This document shows positions 27,514 to 37,840 of a stretch of 64,000 bases of DNA, piece after piece; positions within the stretch are counted from its first letter, which is position 1; each line of letters opens with the position of its first letter. Source of the stretch: Candidatus Latescibacterota bacterium. GTDB taxonomy: Bacteria; Krumholzibacteriota; Krumholzibacteriia; WVZY01. The stretch lies in assembly GCA_011772205.1 (NCBI GenBank), contig WVZY01000016.1:21634-85633 (forward strand), written 5' to 3'. Under the pieces are notes generated by a model. It was not told the DNA's origin, did not search any database, and worked only from the letters and a program-made list of their open reading frames with translations. Position numbers and translations under genes: made by a program.

Positions 27514-29028
27514 TTACTCGAACCTGAATAGTTTGAGGAGGTGACGTGCAAAGTTGCCATATAAGTATGCAAAGACAGGCACGAACAACAAGATGGCTGC
27601 TGTAGCGAGGATGCTTCTCCAGGTTCCTGTTCCGGAGAGGAAGGAGAGAGCCTTTTCCTGATTTGTGAATATCAGGAAGGTTAAGAGAAACGCCAGCGCT
27701 GCAAAGACGAGAAACCTCACCCATTGCGCCGGCCCGAACAGATACTGAGTCTTCAGCTCCTCCGTTCCGACAACCGGCACGCGGAAGGCGCCCGAGAGGT
27801 GTCCGATCAAGTCGCGTGAAAGCCGTTTGCGTACCGACTCCGATTTTGACATGAACACATCACCCACCACAATCAAACTGTATGGAGCCGTTCTGTCCAA
27901 GCTGCTGATCAGATCCTTAGCGCTGCCGGGCACGATCCGGCTTCCTCCAGCACGCCCTGCATCGATCAGGCGCTGCCGTGTTTGCTGAAGACCGGTATCT
28001 TCCATTCCCTCCTCTTCACCCGCAACATCATCCAAGATACCCCCGTGTTCTTCTACGCTCTCTGTCTCCGCTCCTGTTTCAGCGGGCTCGATACCTGCCA
28101 GCTGGCCGACTTCCGTCCCGCTTTTGGCCAGTTGAATCAGCTCAACCGCTGCATTCCACTTGCTGGCTATCTCCAGGATCTGGTTCAGTGACTCGCTTTG
28201 CGGATCGTACCGCTCCTGGATCCACATGATGTTAGTGGTTGCCATCGTGCAGAGGATCTCTTCGACGCCTTCGATCGCTTTGAGCACGTCCGAGATGAAT
28301 TGAGCGCTGCGCTCCTGGCGTGGCAGGTAGGTCACCGAAATCCTGCCGCGCTCCGCTCTCACCTGGACATCCAAGTCCCGCGTCCTTTGGTCTGCTCCGA
28401 TAGCCAGACGGCACCGCGAAGCGAGCAACAGATCTTCCATTACCTTGCGTGTGGCCGGCGTGATTTGGTATTCCGGGAGCTGGGCCACAGTGACCAATGC
28501 GGCCGCAGCGTTGTCCACATTCAAGTGGGAAAGGTTGATCACCATATCGTAATGTGCCGGGTCTTGCCAGTCGATGTTGTAGAGCGTTCGCGCCCAGCGT
28601 CTGCGGTCCTCGTCCACCTGCTCGATGTACTTCAACGCTTTCTCGCGGCTCAGATTGAGCCGGTTCATGGAAACCTCAGTGCGTTGATCCGGGTCCATGA
28701 TTACCCGTACTCGGAGCACGTGCGAAACGCCTGGCAGCGCCAGGTGCCCGATCCGGCCGTTATAGACCAGGCCTCCCCCGATGGCCCGTTCACAAAGAGT
28801 AGCGGTGACAAATGCTTTGAATCGTTCCCTCTCGATGGCCAGCCTTTCGCTCAGGGGCTGGCGCCGGGAAACAGCGATCTCCAACTTGCCCACAAGGATC
28901 CCCGCATGCGTAGCTGCATCGGTAAGCTCCTCACGGGCAAGGCAGCCGTATCCTAGGTTTCCGGCAAGCTTCTCCGCCAGGCTCTTCCCCCCGGCGAAAG
29001 TGCCTCTAGAAACGCAGACAAGTTGCAT
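27514..29028 (-). CDS. Cytidylate-kinase-like family protein with C-terminal transmembrane helices
   Basis: The N-terminus MQLVCVSRGTFAGGKSLAEKLAGNLGYGC...YDMVINLSHL resembles the cytidylate kinase-like family 2. The C-terminal hydrophobic segments are FLVFAALAFLLTFLIF and ILATAAILLFVPVFAYLYG. Confidence 0.6.
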   Translation of the reverse strand: MQLVCVSRGTFAGGKSLAEKLAGNLGYGCLAREELTDAATHAGILVGKLEIAVSRRQPLSERLAIERERFKAFVTATLCERAIGGGLVYNGRIGHLALPGVSHVLRVRVIMDPDQRTEVSMNRLNLSREKALKYIEQVDEDRRRWARTLYNIDWQDPAHYDMVINLSHLNVDNAAAALVTVAQLPEYQITPATRKVMEDLLLASRCRLAIGADQRTRDLDVQVRAERGRISVTYLPRQERSAQFISDVLKAIEGVEEILCTMATTNIMWIQERYDPQSESLNQILEIASKWNAAVELIQLAKSGTEVGQLAGIEPAETGAETESVEEHGGILDDVAGEEEGMEDTGLQQTRQRLIDAGRAGGSRIVPGSAKDLISSLDRTAPYSLIVVGDVFMSKSESVRKRLSRDLIGHLSGAFRVPVVGTEELKTQYLFGPAQWVRFLVFAALAFLLTFLIFTNQEKALSFLSGTGTWRSILATAAILLFVPVFAYLYGNFARHLLKLFRFE

Positions 29029-29202
29029 CCTCTTTCCTTCCCTCGTTGGTAATTATCTTTAAGAGGATATACTACCCAGGTATCATCTTCAACAGCGATT
29101 ATCAGGTGGTGGGCGATTCAATCATCCGAAAACTGGCGGCATAGAGATTCGATGATCAATGTTATCCCTAAACCAATTGAAATTCTATCATGGAATCGGA
29201 AC

Positions 29203-30237
29203 TCACAACTCCTCCGCAATACGCTCCAGTTCCCTTTCGGCATCGATAACGAGCTCATCAATGACATCGTTCACGGACTTTATTTCATCTACGATGCCCA
29301 CAGCCTGGCCGGCCATGAGAGATCCACGCTCCACATCGCCTTCGACGACCGCCCGGCGCAATCCGCCGATCCAGAATTTTTCGACTTCCAAGACTGCCCC
29401 CTCACGATCGATCTCCCCGGCATCCAGCTTTTTGAGCACTTCGAACTGCAATTTGTTGAATTCGTCCGTACCCTTGTTCCTCAAAGCACGAACAGGTATG
29501 ACGGGCAGGCGAGAATCGAACTGCGGCGTCGCAATGGCTTCGCGTGCCTGCGCTCGTTTGAATGCCAACTTGAATCGATCGTGCGCAGCACATTCCGTTG
29601 TCATAACGAAACGGGTTCCAATTTGCACTCCCGCCGCACCCATCAGGAGCAAATGAGCCATCATTTTGCCCGTGGCGACACCGCCGGCAATGAAGATCGG
29701 AATATCTTCGCTGTGCTTGAAGAGAATCTGCTGCCACAGGATCGGGCCGGCGACCGGACCGATATGTCCCCCCGCTTCCATGCCTTCGAGGATGAGACCA
29801 TCCACTCCGAAGCGAATCATCCGCTGGGCGATCACATTCGTGGAGGCGAAAACGAGCACCTTTGCGCTGGAAAGCTTTGCCTTTTCGATTTCGGGTCCTC
29901 GCGGCAATCCTCCCGCAAAGATAATGACAGGCAGCTTGGCCTGTGTTGCCACATCGAGATGATTCTTGTAGTTCGGAGCGACAGTAATCAAATTGACGGC
30001 AAACGGCTTATCGGTGAGCATGCGCGTTTCCACGACCTGCTGTTCCAGCACTTCGGGCGGGACGTTCCCGCAGGCCAGACTCGCAAACGCGCCGGCATTG
30101 CACACCTGCGATACGAGTTTCGGATCACTGACCCACGTCATGGCACCGCACATGATCGGGTATTCCACGCCCAGAAGTTCCTGTCCATGTTTCCACAGCT
30201 TGTTCAATTGGGTTGCCGTTGGTTTTTTCGTCTCCAT
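29203..30237 (-). CDS. Nitronate monooxygenase / FabK-like FMN oxidoreductase (NMO family)
   Basis: 344 aa. Contains LLGVEYPIMCGAMTWVSDPKLVSQVCNAGAFASL, GLILEGMEAGGHIG and IPIFIAGGVATG. Confidence 0.8.
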   Translation of the reverse strand: METKKPTATQLNKLWKHGQELLGVEYPIMCGAMTWVSDPKLVSQVCNAGAFASLACGNVPPEVLEQQVVETRMLTDKPFAVNLITVAPNYKNHLDVATQAKLPVIIFAGGLPRGPEIEKAKLSSAKVLVFASTNVIAQRMIRFGVDGLILEGMEAGGHIGPVAGPILWQQILFKHSEDIPIFIAGGVATGKMMAHLLLMGAAGVQIGTRFVMTTECAAHDRFKLAFKRAQAREAIATPQFDSRLPVIPVRALRNKGTDEFNKLQFEVLKKLDAGEIDREGAVLEVEKFWIGGLRRAVVEGDVERGSLMAGQAVGIVDEIKSVNDVIDELVIDAERELERIAEEL

Positions 30238-30757
30238 CTGTCCTCCATGTTGTTGGCGGTTCGAATTCCTTCGATCTCAATCATATGGTTTCCCCGGAAA
30301 TGTGCATCTGACGAGATCAACCGGCGTGAAGTGGTCCGCAGCGCGCCATAAGAGTATTTACGAGGCCGAAATGTCGGTTGATATCTTCGGCTAATGTACA
30401 GGAACAGGCCGGATATTCAAACATGAAGATGGGCGGCAGAAGCCTTCTTATGACAATACTGATTTCATGAATTATCTCGAATTGCTCTCAATATATAATC
30501 GCTCCAGCCCGCTCGACGTCTTCCACCCGCACAAAATCCCCCCCAAAAAACCCATTTCCACTCCCAGTTTTTTCGTTAAAGACTTGACAGAATATCCAGC
30601 ACCCGGCATACTTCCCATTGGTAGTCCCCCAGGCATAAGTCCAACTGCGCACTGGGGATCCGCTCTGCCAACCAATTCACGGCAATATAGGTGAAAATGA
30701 GTTTTTAGTGGCACACTGGGTATAAATGCGTGTGCGGCTTTTCCTGACGGGCTGGTG

Positions 30758-31393
30758 ATGACACTAAGAGACTTATTGCAGGAGAAAAAGACGGCCATCG
30801 TTGAGAGGTGGCTGGAAGACATACTGGCCACATATGCCAGCGATGCTTCGAGTTTCCTCAGGCGAGAGAGGGATCCGTTTGCCAATCCTGTGAGCCATGC
30901 GTTTCGCGTCGGTACGCGCGCTATCTTCGAGAACATCGTCGAAGGATTGGACGCGGACACCGTCTGCCGTCATCTTAACGAGATCATTAAAATCAGAGCC
31001 ATCCAAGACTTTTCTCCATCGCGGGCAGTGTCGTTCGTCTTTCTCCTTAAAAAAGCCATTCGCACCGAACTCGGAAACGACATAGAAGACCGCCAACTCT
31101 CCAAAGAGCTGGCGGAGATCGACACCGATATCGACCAAATAGCGCTTTTCGCATTTGATATATATTCACGATGCCGAGAGCAGGTGTACGAGCTTCGAGT
31201 CAACGAAGTAAAGAGAAGCGTTTCAGCTTTAATGGGAAGGTTTACTGGAAACGACTCCGATCCGGAGTCGCTTCCCGGGCCATCCGGTGGCAACAAGTCA
31301 TCCGGCAATCCCAAGCCGGACTCATTGCCCCGCTTGTCCGATGACGATGGGTTGTCCGGCGATAGCTCGTCCGTGCGGGGTGGTAAGAAGTGA
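30758..31393 (+). CDS. RsbRD-N-terminal-domain-like protein in the dsrT position (putative DsrT)
   Basis: Starts MTLRDLLQEKKTAIVERWLEDILATYASDASSFLRRERDPFANPVSHAF (ATG 30758, or GTG 30755). Its stop overlaps the dsrM GTG start (GTGA). Assigned by position directly upstream of dsrMKJOP and by N-terminal similarity recalled from memory. Confidence 0.5.
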   Translation: MTLRDLLQEKKTAIVERWLEDILATYASDASSFLRRERDPFANPVSHAFRVGTRAIFENIVEGLDADTVCRHLNEIIKIRAIQDFSPSRAVSFVFLLKKAIRTELGNDIEDRQLSKELAEIDTDIDQIALFAFDIYSRCREQVYELRVNEVKRSVSALMGRFTGNDSDPESLPGPSGGNKSSGNPKPDSLPRLSDDDGLSGDSSSVRGGKK

Positions 31394-32379
31394 ACGTTTT
31401 CATTTCGCTCGCAGCAGTTGTCTTTCTCTTTCTAGCGGGCCTGTTAGGAGCGGGAGCAGGTCTCGACGCTCTGTTCGGTATCGTCATTCCATACATCGCT
31501 ATTTTTCTTTTTCTGGGCGGGTTGATCTACCGCGTAATGATCTGGGCAAATGTGCCGGTCCCCTTCCGCATTCCCACGACATCCGGGCAGGAGAAGTCGC
31601 TTCCGTGGATCAAGCAGTCAAAGCTGGACAACCCCAGCAGCACACTCGGTGTTATCGGCAGAATGGCTTTGGAAATTCTCTGTTTCCGATCGCTTCTGAA
31701 AAATACGAAAACGGAATTGCACGAAGACGGACATGTCGCGTACGGGTCCAGCTTATGGCTGTGGCTCGGGTCCATGGCGTTTCACTGGTCGATGCTCATT
31801 ATACTATTGAGGCACATTCGGCTCTTCATCGAACCGGTACCTGGTGCCATCACGTTCCTGCACAAACTGGATGGATTCCTGCAGATCGGGGCCCCGGTTT
31901 TCTACGTGACGTCATTTATATTCCCGATAGCCCTGCTGTACTTGTTGTTCAGGAGGCTGGGCGATCCCAAACTGCGCTACATCTCACTCGTAAACGATTA
32001 TTTTCCCTTGTTCCTGCTAATAGGCGTCGGCATCAGCGGATTCTGGCTAAGGTATATTTCGAAAACGGACATCGCGTCCGTCAAAGAGCTGACTGTGGGA
32101 CTCATGAGCTTCCGGCCAGTCACTCCCGCTGCGATCAGCCCACTTTTCTACGGGCATCTGTTCCTCGTTTGCGTGCTCTTGGGCTACTTCCCATTCAGCA
32201 AGCTGGTCCACATGGCCGGCGTGTTCTTTAGCCCCACGCGGAACCTGGCGAACACCAACCGGGAGGCTCATCATGCCAATCCATGGGACTATCCCGTAAA
32301 GGTACATACATATGAGGAATACGAGGATGAGTTCAGGGAAAAGATGAAGGCTGTCGGCATCCCGGTCGAGAAAGAATGA
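31390..32379 (+). CDS. dsrM: DsrM, membrane dihaem cytochrome b (NarI/HdrE-like)
   Basis: 329 aa, polytopic. It contains the kind of conserved His-bearing helices expected of this family (MAFHWSMLIILLRHIRLF; FYGHLFLVCVLLGYFPFSKLVHMAG). It sits immediately upstream of dsrK, overlapping it by ATGA. Confidence 0.85.
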   Translation: MNVFISLAAVVFLFLAGLLGAGAGLDALFGIVIPYIAIFLFLGGLIYRVMIWANVPVPFRIPTTSGQEKSLPWIKQSKLDNPSSTLGVIGRMALEILCFRSLLKNTKTELHEDGHVAYGSSLWLWLGSMAFHWSMLIILLRHIRLFIEPVPGAITFLHKLDGFLQIGAPVFYVTSFIFPIALLYLLFRRLGDPKLRYISLVNDYFPLFLLIGVGISGFWLRYISKTDIASVKELTVGLMSFRPVTPAAISPLFYGHLFLVCVLLGYFPFSKLVHMAGVFFSPTRNLANTNREAHHANPWDYPVKVHTYEEYEDEFREKMKAVGIPVEKE

Positions 32380-34082
32380 CCATGGCGAAATTTGACGAAC
32401 CCGGCTATTACAAGCACGAAGATCTTTTGAAGGTGGACTATCACCCGCCGAGAACGGGGTGGATGGATACTCCCGTCGACTTCAGGCCGGGCACCTATAT
32501 CTATCCAGGAAAAGCCAAGAACCTGAAGTATCTGGACCTCCCGAATCCGAGGAACTGGGCCGTTACCGACGAGGATTGGAAGCTCCAGGAAAACTGGAAG
32601 GAAATCGTCCTCGACGGGATGGCGGAACGGCTGCGCAGGTACCGCACCTTCAGGCTGTTCATGGATATCTGTGTTCGCTGCGGAGCCTGTGCGGATAAGT
32701 GCCACTTCTTCATCGGAGGGGGAGATCCGAAGAACATGCCCGTGCTTCGCGCCGAGCTCTTGCGCTCCATCTATCGGAAAGACTTCACTGCCTTGGGAAA
32801 GATCCTGGGCAAAATAGCGGGAGCGCGCGAGCTCACCTACGATGTCATCAAGGAATGGTTTTATTATTTCTACCAGTGCACCGAGTGCCGGCGTTGCTCC
32901 GTCTTTTGCCCGTACGGCATCGATACGGCTGAGATCACCATGATGGGCAGAGAGCTCCTCGGCTTGCTCGGATTGTACGTCAACTGGGCGATCGAACCGG
33001 TGGCCAACTGCTTCCGGACCGGCAACCACTTGGGGATTCCGCCGCACGGCCTCCTCGACACGCTGGAATTCATGGTGGATGACATCGAGGAAGCGACCGG
33101 TATCAAGGTCGACATCCCCATGAACAAGAAAGGGGCGGAGGTTCTCTTCGTCACACCCTCCGGTGACTACGTCGCCGAACCGGGCATCCAAACCTGCATG
33201 AGTTACATGATCCTCTTCAACGAGATTGGCCTCGACTACACGTGGAGCACGTACGCTTCCGAAGGCGGGAACTTCGGCCTGTTTACTTCCCATGAAATGA
33301 TCAAGCGGCTGAACGCCAAGATATATGCAGAGGCCAAACGATTGGGCGTCAAATGGATCTTGGGCGGTGAGTGCGGGCATATGTGGAGGACCATGCACCA
33401 GTACATGAATACCGTAAACGGCCCTCCTGATTTTCTGGAGGTGCCGAAATCTCCCTTTACGGGCACGGTGTTCGAAAACGCCCGGTCCGCCAAGATCGTC
33501 CATATAATGGAATTCACTGCCGATCTCATCAAGCACGGCAAGCTGAAGCTCGATCCCAGCCGAAACGATCACATACGCGTCACCTTCCACGATTCCTGCA
33601 ACACGGCACGGGGCATGGGCATCCTCGAGGAGCCGAGGTACGTGATGAAGAGTGTGTGCAACAACTTCTTCGAGATGCCGGAGAACACGATCCGCGAACA
33701 GACGTTTTGCTGCGGGGGCGGTGCCGGATTGGGAACGGACGAAAATATGGAAATGCGCTTGCGCGGCGGGCTCCCAAGGGGGAGCGCCGTCAAATACGTG
33801 CAGGAGAAATACGGAGTGAATCAGCTCGCGGCGATGTGTGCCATCGACAGAGCCACGCTGATTACGGTATGCGACTACTGGGCACCCGGCGTGAAAGTGA
33901 CGGGCATCAGCGAACTCGTAGCGAATGCGATGATACTCAAGGGTGAGAAAAAGCGCACAAAGAACCTGCGCCTGGAAACGATCCCCGGTGCCGAAGAAGA
34001 GGATACCGCCCAGGGGAATATCGAGCACCTGGAGACGATCGAGGGAATGCACACGACAAAGGGAGGATCCAGCAATGAATGA
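32376..34082 (+). CDS. dsrK: DsrK, HdrD-like Fe-S/CCG-domain catalytic subunit
   Basis: Cluster motifs CVRCGACADKC and CTECRRCSVFCPYG. CCG-domain motifs CNTARG and FCCGGGAGLG. Confidence 0.9.
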   Translation: MTMAKFDEPGYYKHEDLLKVDYHPPRTGWMDTPVDFRPGTYIYPGKAKNLKYLDLPNPRNWAVTDEDWKLQENWKEIVLDGMAERLRRYRTFRLFMDICVRCGACADKCHFFIGGGDPKNMPVLRAELLRSIYRKDFTALGKILGKIAGARELTYDVIKEWFYYFYQCTECRRCSVFCPYGIDTAEITMMGRELLGLLGLYVNWAIEPVANCFRTGNHLGIPPHGLLDTLEFMVDDIEEATGIKVDIPMNKKGAEVLFVTPSGDYVAEPGIQTCMSYMILFNEIGLDYTWSTYASEGGNFGLFTSHEMIKRLNAKIYAEAKRLGVKWILGGECGHMWRTMHQYMNTVNGPPDFLEVPKSPFTGTVFENARSAKIVHIMEFTADLIKHGKLKLDPSRNDHIRVTFHDSCNTARGMGILEEPRYVMKSVCNNFFEMPENTIREQTFCCGGGAGLGTDENMEMRLRGGLPRGSAVKYVQEKYGVNQLAAMCAIDRATLITVCDYWAPGVKVTGISELVANAMILKGEKKRTKNLRLETIPGAEEEDTAQGNIEHLETIEGMHTTKGGSSNE

Positions 34083-34458
34083 CAAGAGCAAGAGCATCGT
34101 CGGACTGGTCATCTTCCTCGCCCTTGTGATTTTTCCGGTTTTGTACAACTTTGCGGTAGGGGGCGCCGGGCCGCGACCGGAACTGGAACTACCCGAAGGT
34201 GAATCCAGATGTGTCGAAGACAAAGACTTCATGACCGCACATCACATGGATCTTCTGCTCGAATGGCGTGACGCGGTCGTTCGTCAAGGTAAGAAAAATT
34301 ACACATCCCAGGCTTTTGGCGAAATATACGAGATGAGCCTCACGGGGACGTGCATGAATTGCCATACAAAGAGGGAGACATTTTGCACCCGGTGTCACGA
34401 TTATGCCGATGTCGACAACGATTGCTGGGGCTGCCATGTCGAGCCGGAGGGACAATGA
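34075..34458 (+). CDS. dsrJ: DsrJ, periplasmic trihaem cytochrome c
   Basis: The internal start ATG 34075 of ORF 33943..34458 gives MNDKSKSIVGLVIFLALVIFPVLY (anchor). There are three CxxCH motifs (CMNCH, CTRCH, CWGCH). It overlaps the dsrK stop by 8 nt. Confidence 0.85.
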   Translation: MNDKSKSIVGLVIFLALVIFPVLYNFAVGGAGPRPELELPEGESRCVEDKDFMTAHHMDLLLEWRDAVVRQGKKNYTSQAFGEIYEMSLTGTCMNCHTKRETFCTRCHDYADVDNDCWGCHVEPEGQ

Positions 34459-34461
34459 ACG

Positions 34462-35250
34462 ATGGACGAGAGTAGGCGGGACTTTCTGAAGAAATTCGGT
34501 TTTGCCCTGCTCAGTGTAGGCGGTGGCTTCCCGCTCCTGCGTACCATTGCATCGGCCAGTGAAAAAGAGCTCAGGACCGGGGCAGCCGTTTCCACTCAAT
34601 GGGGCATGGTCATCGACATCCAAAAATGCCTGAGCGAGCAAGTGCGTCGTGCCTGCATCGAGGCGTGCAACCGCGAGCACAACGTACCCGAGATCCCCGA
34701 TCCCGAAGAAGAAGTGAAATGGATATGGAGTGAGACTTACGAAGATGCATTTCCCGAAGGGATTCATCCTTACACCGCTGATTACCTGAAGGGAAAACCG
34801 GTGCTGGTGCTCTGCAACCACTGCACGAATCCCCCCTGCGTAAAAGTCTGTCCCACACAGGCCACGTGGAAGAGAGAAGAGGATGGCATCGTCATGATGG
34901 ACATGCACAGGTGTATCGGTTGCCGCTATTGCATCGCCGGATGTCCGTACGGCGCCCGAAGCTTCAACTGGAGAGATCCGCGCCCTTACATAAAGGGTGA
35001 CCTCACGCCATTCCCTACGAGGGCCAAGGGCGTTGTAGAGAAATGCAACTTCTGCGCGGAGCGCCTCAGGAAAGGACAAGAGCCTGCCTGTGTCGCAGCC
35101 GTCAAGAATATACCGGGCATGGAAGGCGCATTGACGTTCGGGGATCTGTACGATCCCAACTCGGAGGTATCACGGGTGCTTCGTGAGAACCACACGATTT
35201 GCAGAAAGGTGAGCCTCGGCACTGGTCCGAACGTCTTTTATATCGTTTGA
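34462..35250 (+). CDS. dsrO: DsrO, periplasmic 4Fe-4S ferredoxin-like subunit (Tat signal)
   Basis: Twin-arginine signal MDESRRDFLKKFGFALL. Cluster motifs CNHCTNPPCVKVCP, CIGCRYCIAGCPYG and CNFCAERL. Confidence 0.9.
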   Translation: MDESRRDFLKKFGFALLSVGGGFPLLRTIASASEKELRTGAAVSTQWGMVIDIQKCLSEQVRRACIEACNREHNVPEIPDPEEEVKWIWSETYEDAFPEGIHPYTADYLKGKPVLVLCNHCTNPPCVKVCPTQATWKREEDGIVMMDMHRCIGCRYCIAGCPYGARSFNWRDPRPYIKGDLTPFPTRAKGVVEKCNFCAERLRKGQEPACVAAVKNIPGMEGALTFGDLYDPNSEVSRVLRENHTICRKVSLGTGPNVFYIV

Positions 35251-35257
35251 GGTCATT

Positions 35258-36421
35258 ATGCTGGAGCAAGCGTTTCAAGGAACGAAGAGATACTGGACCC
35301 TCGTCGGATTCTGGGTGCTCGTTATCGTCGCCGGCACCGCGGCTTTCAGCCATCAGCTCATCAAGGGCTTAACGGTGACCGGAATGAGCCGCGATGTCGC
35401 GTGGGGTCTTTATATCTCGCAATTCACCTTCCTGGTCGGAGTCGCCGCTTCCGCCGTGATGGTGGTCCTTCCCTATTATCTGCACAATTATAAAAAGTTC
35501 GGAAGGATGGTCATCCTGGGCGAATTCCTGGCGGTATCGGCCGTCGTCATGTGCGCTCTCTTTATCTTCGTCGACTTGGGTCAGCCAAGGCGAGTGCTGA
35601 ACGTGCTTCTCTATCCAACGCTGAATTCGGTAATGTTCTGGGATTCGGTCGTACTGATGGGTTACCTCGTATTGAACCTGGTGATCGGCTTCGTGACGTT
35701 CGATGCCGAGCGCAAGGGAGCGCCGCCGTCCACATGGATCAAGCCGCTCATTTATCTCTCCATCCCCTGGGCGATCAGCATCCATACGGTTACTGCGTTC
35801 CTGTACTCCGGGCTGGCGGCAAGACCTTTCTGGATGACGGCCATTCTGGCGCCGCGCTTTTTGGCTTCGGCTTTCGCCTCCGGCCCGAGTCTTCTGATCA
35901 TTCTTGCCCTCATTTTGAGGAAGTACACGAGGTTCGATCCCGGAAAAGAAGCGATCCAGAAGCTTGGGACAATCGTTGCCTACGCGATGGTGGTCAATCT
36001 TTTCTTCGTGCTCGTCGAACTCTTTACAGCGCTCTACAGCGACCTGCCGCACCATATGCATCATTTCGAATACCTGTTCATGGGCCTGCACGGCAAAAGC
36101 ACGCTGGCCCCATGGATGTGGGTGTCCGGACTGCTAACTGTTGCTGCCGTCGTGCTGCTGGTGATCCCGAAAGTGCGCAAACAAGAAAATCTCCTGGCCA
36201 TTATTTGTCTTGCGGTAATCGTCTCCATTTGGATCGAGAAAGGCATGGGGTTGATAGTCACTGGATTCATCCCCTCTCCGCTCGGAGGGATCACCGAGTA
36301 CACGCCTACCGGACCTGAAATCACGATCACTATTGGCGTGTATGGCATTGGATTTCTGATCCTGACGCTGCTTTACAAGATCGTGGTCAGCGTCCGGGAA
36401 AAAACAGAACAGATCAGATAA
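35258..36421 (+). CDS. dsrP: DsrP, NrfD/PsrC-like integral membrane quinone-interacting subunit
   Basis: 387 aa with about 10 hydrophobic helices. Last gene of the dsrMKJOP block. Confidence 0.85.
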   Translation: MLEQAFQGTKRYWTLVGFWVLVIVAGTAAFSHQLIKGLTVTGMSRDVAWGLYISQFTFLVGVAASAVMVVLPYYLHNYKKFGRMVILGEFLAVSAVVMCALFIFVDLGQPRRVLNVLLYPTLNSVMFWDSVVLMGYLVLNLVIGFVTFDAERKGAPPSTWIKPLIYLSIPWAISIHTVTAFLYSGLAARPFWMTAILAPRFLASAFASGPSLLIILALILRKYTRFDPGKEAIQKLGTIVAYAMVVNLFFVLVELFTALYSDLPHHMHHFEYLFMGLHGKSTLAPWMWVSGLLTVAAVVLLVIPKVRKQENLLAIICLAVIVSIWIEKGMGLIVTGFIPSPLGGITEYTPTGPEITITIGVYGIGFLILTLLYKIVVSVREKTEQIR

Positions 36422-36580
36422 GCGATTTAGCAGAGGGAGGTTGACAAACTGCCTGAAGTGGCATAGCCTGAAGCTTCATATTAGCCAGCAAACGAGACAT
36501 TCTAAATAGGAAGAGGAGAATCACACAAACGTAAGGCCCCGTTGTGGGGCTGGTAAACGCTGATCCAAGGAGGAGGCACT

Positions 36581-37786
36581 ATGGCGGATTCCGGCAACGG
36601 GAAAACCCCGCTACTAGACGAACTAGAGAAAGGACCTTGGCCCAGCTTTGTCACCCAGATAAAGTCTGTGGCCGAGAAAAACCCGAGGGCGAGAGCCCTG
36701 CTCCAGCTGCTGGAGCGATCGTACCGCGAGAAGATCGGGCATTGGAAGCACGGCGGGATCGTCGGCGTTTTTGGATACGGCGGCGGCGTCATCGGCCGTT
36801 ACTCGGATCTGCCGGAAGAATACCCCGATGTAGCTCACTTCCACACCCTGCGCGTCAACCAGCCATCCGGATGGTTCTACACGTCCGACTCACTTCGGAC
36901 CCTGGCAGACCTTTGGGAAGAGCACGGCTCCGGTCTTACCAACATGCACGGTTCCACCGGGGATATCATTCTCCTGGGAACCAGCACCGACGAGCTGGAG
37001 CCCACTTTCGAGGCACTCACGAATGCGGGATTCGACCTCGGCGGGTCGGGCTCCTGCGTACGGACGCCTAGCTGCTGCATCGGCCAGGCCAGGTGCGAGT
37101 GGGCGTGCTACGATACGCTGGCGCTCACTCACGATCTGACCATGGCCTTTCAGGACGAGCTGCACCGGCCGTTTTTCCCTTACAAATTCAAATTCAAATG
37201 CGCCGGTTGTCCCAATGACTGTGTCGCGTCGATCGCCAGAGCGGACATGTCCATCATAGGCACATGGCGGGATGACATACAAGTCGACAAGGCCGCTGTC
37301 AAAGCCTATGCCGATGACGGTATGAACATCGAGAGAGATGTATGCGGCAACTGCCCGACAAAGTGCATTCAGTGGGCCGGCAAGGAGATCGATATCGACA
37401 ACGAGAACTGTGTCAAGTGCATGCACTGCATCAACGTCATGCCGAAGGCCCTCAGTCCAGGCAAGGATCGGGGAGCGACTATTCTTCTTGGCTCCAAAGC
37501 TCCGATTTTGGAGGGCGCAATCATTTCTTCGGTCCTCATCCCGTTCATAAAAATCGAGCCCCCTTATACGGAAATCAAGGAGCTGACCGAGAAGATATGG
37601 GATTTCTGGGGCGAGCACGGTAAGAACCGCGAGCGTGTAGGCGAGCTCATGCAGCGAGTGGGCTTGGGCAACTTCCTCGAAGAAATCGAACTGGAGCCCA
37701 TTCCCGAGATGATCGCCCACCCTCGCGAGAACCCATACATATTCTTTGAAGAGTATTTCGAAGAAGATGAAGAAGAGGGAGAATAA
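36581..37786 (+). CDS. dsrA: Dissimilatory sulfite reductase alpha subunit
   Basis: N-terminus [28 protein letters not shown]. Sirohaem/cluster Cys motif [19 protein letters not shown]. Ferredoxin insert [10 protein letters not shown]...[21 protein letters not shown]. Confidence 0.93.
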   Translation: MADSGNGKTPLLDELEKGPWPSFVTQIKSVAEKNPRARALLQLLERSYREKIGHWKHGGIVGVFGYGGGVIGRYSDLPEEYPDVAHFHTLRVNQPSGWFYTSDSLRTLADLWEEHGSGLTNMHGSTGDIILLGTSTDELEPTFEALTNAGFDLGGSGSCVRTPSCCIGQARCEWACYDTLALTHDLTMAFQDELHRPFFPYKFKFKCAGCPNDCVASIARADMSIIGTWRDDIQVDKAAVKAYADDGMNIERDVCGNCPTKCIQWAGKEIDIDNENCVKCMHCINVMPKALSPGKDRGATILLGSKAPILEGAIISSVLIPFIKIEPPYTEIKELTEKIWDFWGEHGKNRERVGELMQRVGLGNFLEEIELEPIPEMIAHPRENPYIFFEEYFEEDEEEGE

Positions 37787-37840
37787 CCGCCCGGCGACAA
37801 TATCAGCCGGCTGACTGTTTGCGGATCAGGAGGATGAAGA

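Noticed and set aside
29152-30351. 399-aa plus-strand ORF covering the NMO gene
   Set aside because: It is antisense to a well-supported nitronate-monooxygenase-like CDS. No motifs, and His/Arg-rich composition.
32289-34232. 647-aa minus-strand ORF antisense to dsrK
   Set aside because: It lies entirely opposite a gene with clear HdrD/DsrK motifs. Its product is Arg/Gly/Ala/His-rich with no motifs. This is the typical shadow ORF of a GC-rich coding region.
34189-37720. Several 240-300-aa antisense ORFs (34189..35079, 35369..36091, 36890..37720), plus the other-frame ORF 35551..36318 within dsrP
   Set aside because: All overlap dsrJ, dsrO, dsrP or dsrA, which have clear family motifs. None of these ORFs has motifs or a plausible start context.
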